Part shown: positions 59,667-60,098 of the stretch, piece after piece
How positions within the stretch are numbered: the stretch's first letter is position 1
How the letters are laid out: every line of letters starts with the position of its first letter
NCBI GenBank assembly: GCA_029762535.1
Contig: JARVGK010000019.1
Location: forward strand, 1-60,098
DNA length: 60,098 bases
Source of the DNA: Thermoplasmatota archaeon
GTDB taxonomy: Archaea > Thermoplasmatota > Penumbrarchaeia > Penumbrarchaeales > Penumbrarchaeaceae
Reading direction: 5' to 3'
Made by a program: the position numbers and the translations under genes
Notes under the pieces: model-generated
What the model was told of the DNA's origin: nothing
The model's input: only the letters and a program-made list of their open reading frames with translations
The model's database searches: none

Positions 59667-60098
59667 GGCTCTTCTCCCAATTTAGGTAAAAATTAGTACC
59701 GCCTGGCCTATCATGTTCTTTGGTGTCAAACAATGAAAGCCAAACGGTACAGATACGCTATACTCTTCAGGACTATTTTTACCTTCCTAGGATTCCATTA
59801 TGATAACTTCCTTATCAAGGACGATTGTCTTCACATATCATTGAAGAGATACAGAAAGACCGCCACATGTCCTAAATGCAACAAAAGGAACAAACTATCC
59901 AATGATTTCTATGAACGTAAAGTCAAGGACATGAACATAGGACCATTTGAGTGCTTCGTTACATTCTCACAGAACAAGATCCGATGCAAATGTGGATTCA
60001 GAGGTCATGAACTACTTGAATTCGTTAGACCCTATGCCAGATGTACTATCAGGTATGAACAATATATCTTTGAGTTATGTCAGAGAATGACATTGACC
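59667..60098 (+). mobile_element. ISL3-family element, left end (continues beyond window)
   Basis: GGCTCT terminus in an AT-rich target followed by an ISL3-type transposase. Confidence 0.7.
59733..60098 (+). CDS. ISL3 transposase N-terminus (partial, not in the ORF track)
   Basis: Manual translation MKAKRYRY...TATCPKC...YERKVKDM...IRCKCG...EFVRPYARCTIRYE..I..LC..MT, a zf-ISL3 pattern. Confidence 0.8.
   Translation, partial: MKAKRYRYAILFRTIFTFLGFHYDNFLIKDDCLHISLKRYRKTATCPKCNKRNKLSNDFYERKVKDMNIGPFECFVTFSQNKIRCKCGFRGHELLEFVRPYARCTIRYEQYIFELCQRMTLT

Noticed and set aside
59626-59733. N-terminal 36-aa extension of the J-domain ORF in the track
   Set aside because: Reads through the promoter region and the ISL3 left end

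Overview
GC-rich archaeal chromosomal segment, most likely Thermoplasmatota. This is inferred from archaeal SRP54, Cdc6/Orc1, proteasome alpha, archaeal RibC/RibL, DUF106, a DUF6015-like protein and many PKD/FN3/Ig surface proteins with zinc-ribbon tails. The core region (about 1.5-53.6 kb) encodes PhoU/NptA phosphate uptake, SRP54, a TPR-NfeD-flotillin operon, PepD, Tmk, tryptophanase plus an aminotransferase, ClpB, a hypBFCAD hydrogenase-maturation cluster without hypE, a Phd-RelE/ParE toxin-antitoxin pair, Cdc6, a riboflavin/FAD operon with a RibB-RibL fusion, tRNA-His, DUF106 and PurC. Downstream of purC is a rearranged, increasingly AT-rich region. It holds a recombination scar (a duplicated purC 3' end fused to a surface-protein tail remnant), an AAA/DUF4143 ATPase with twin palindromic operators, an FN3 gene cut by a complete IS3-family element, a surface protein with a cytoplasmic J-domain, and the start of an ISL3 element. 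The best candidates for undescribed systems are (i) a divergent proteasome alpha subunit fused to a tandem helix-hairpin-helix domain, paired with a SHOCT-like/amphipathic-tail partner gene, and (ii) an IS-flanked Ig-like surface protein with a cytoplasmic J-domain. All calls come from reading motifs by eye; no database searches were run.
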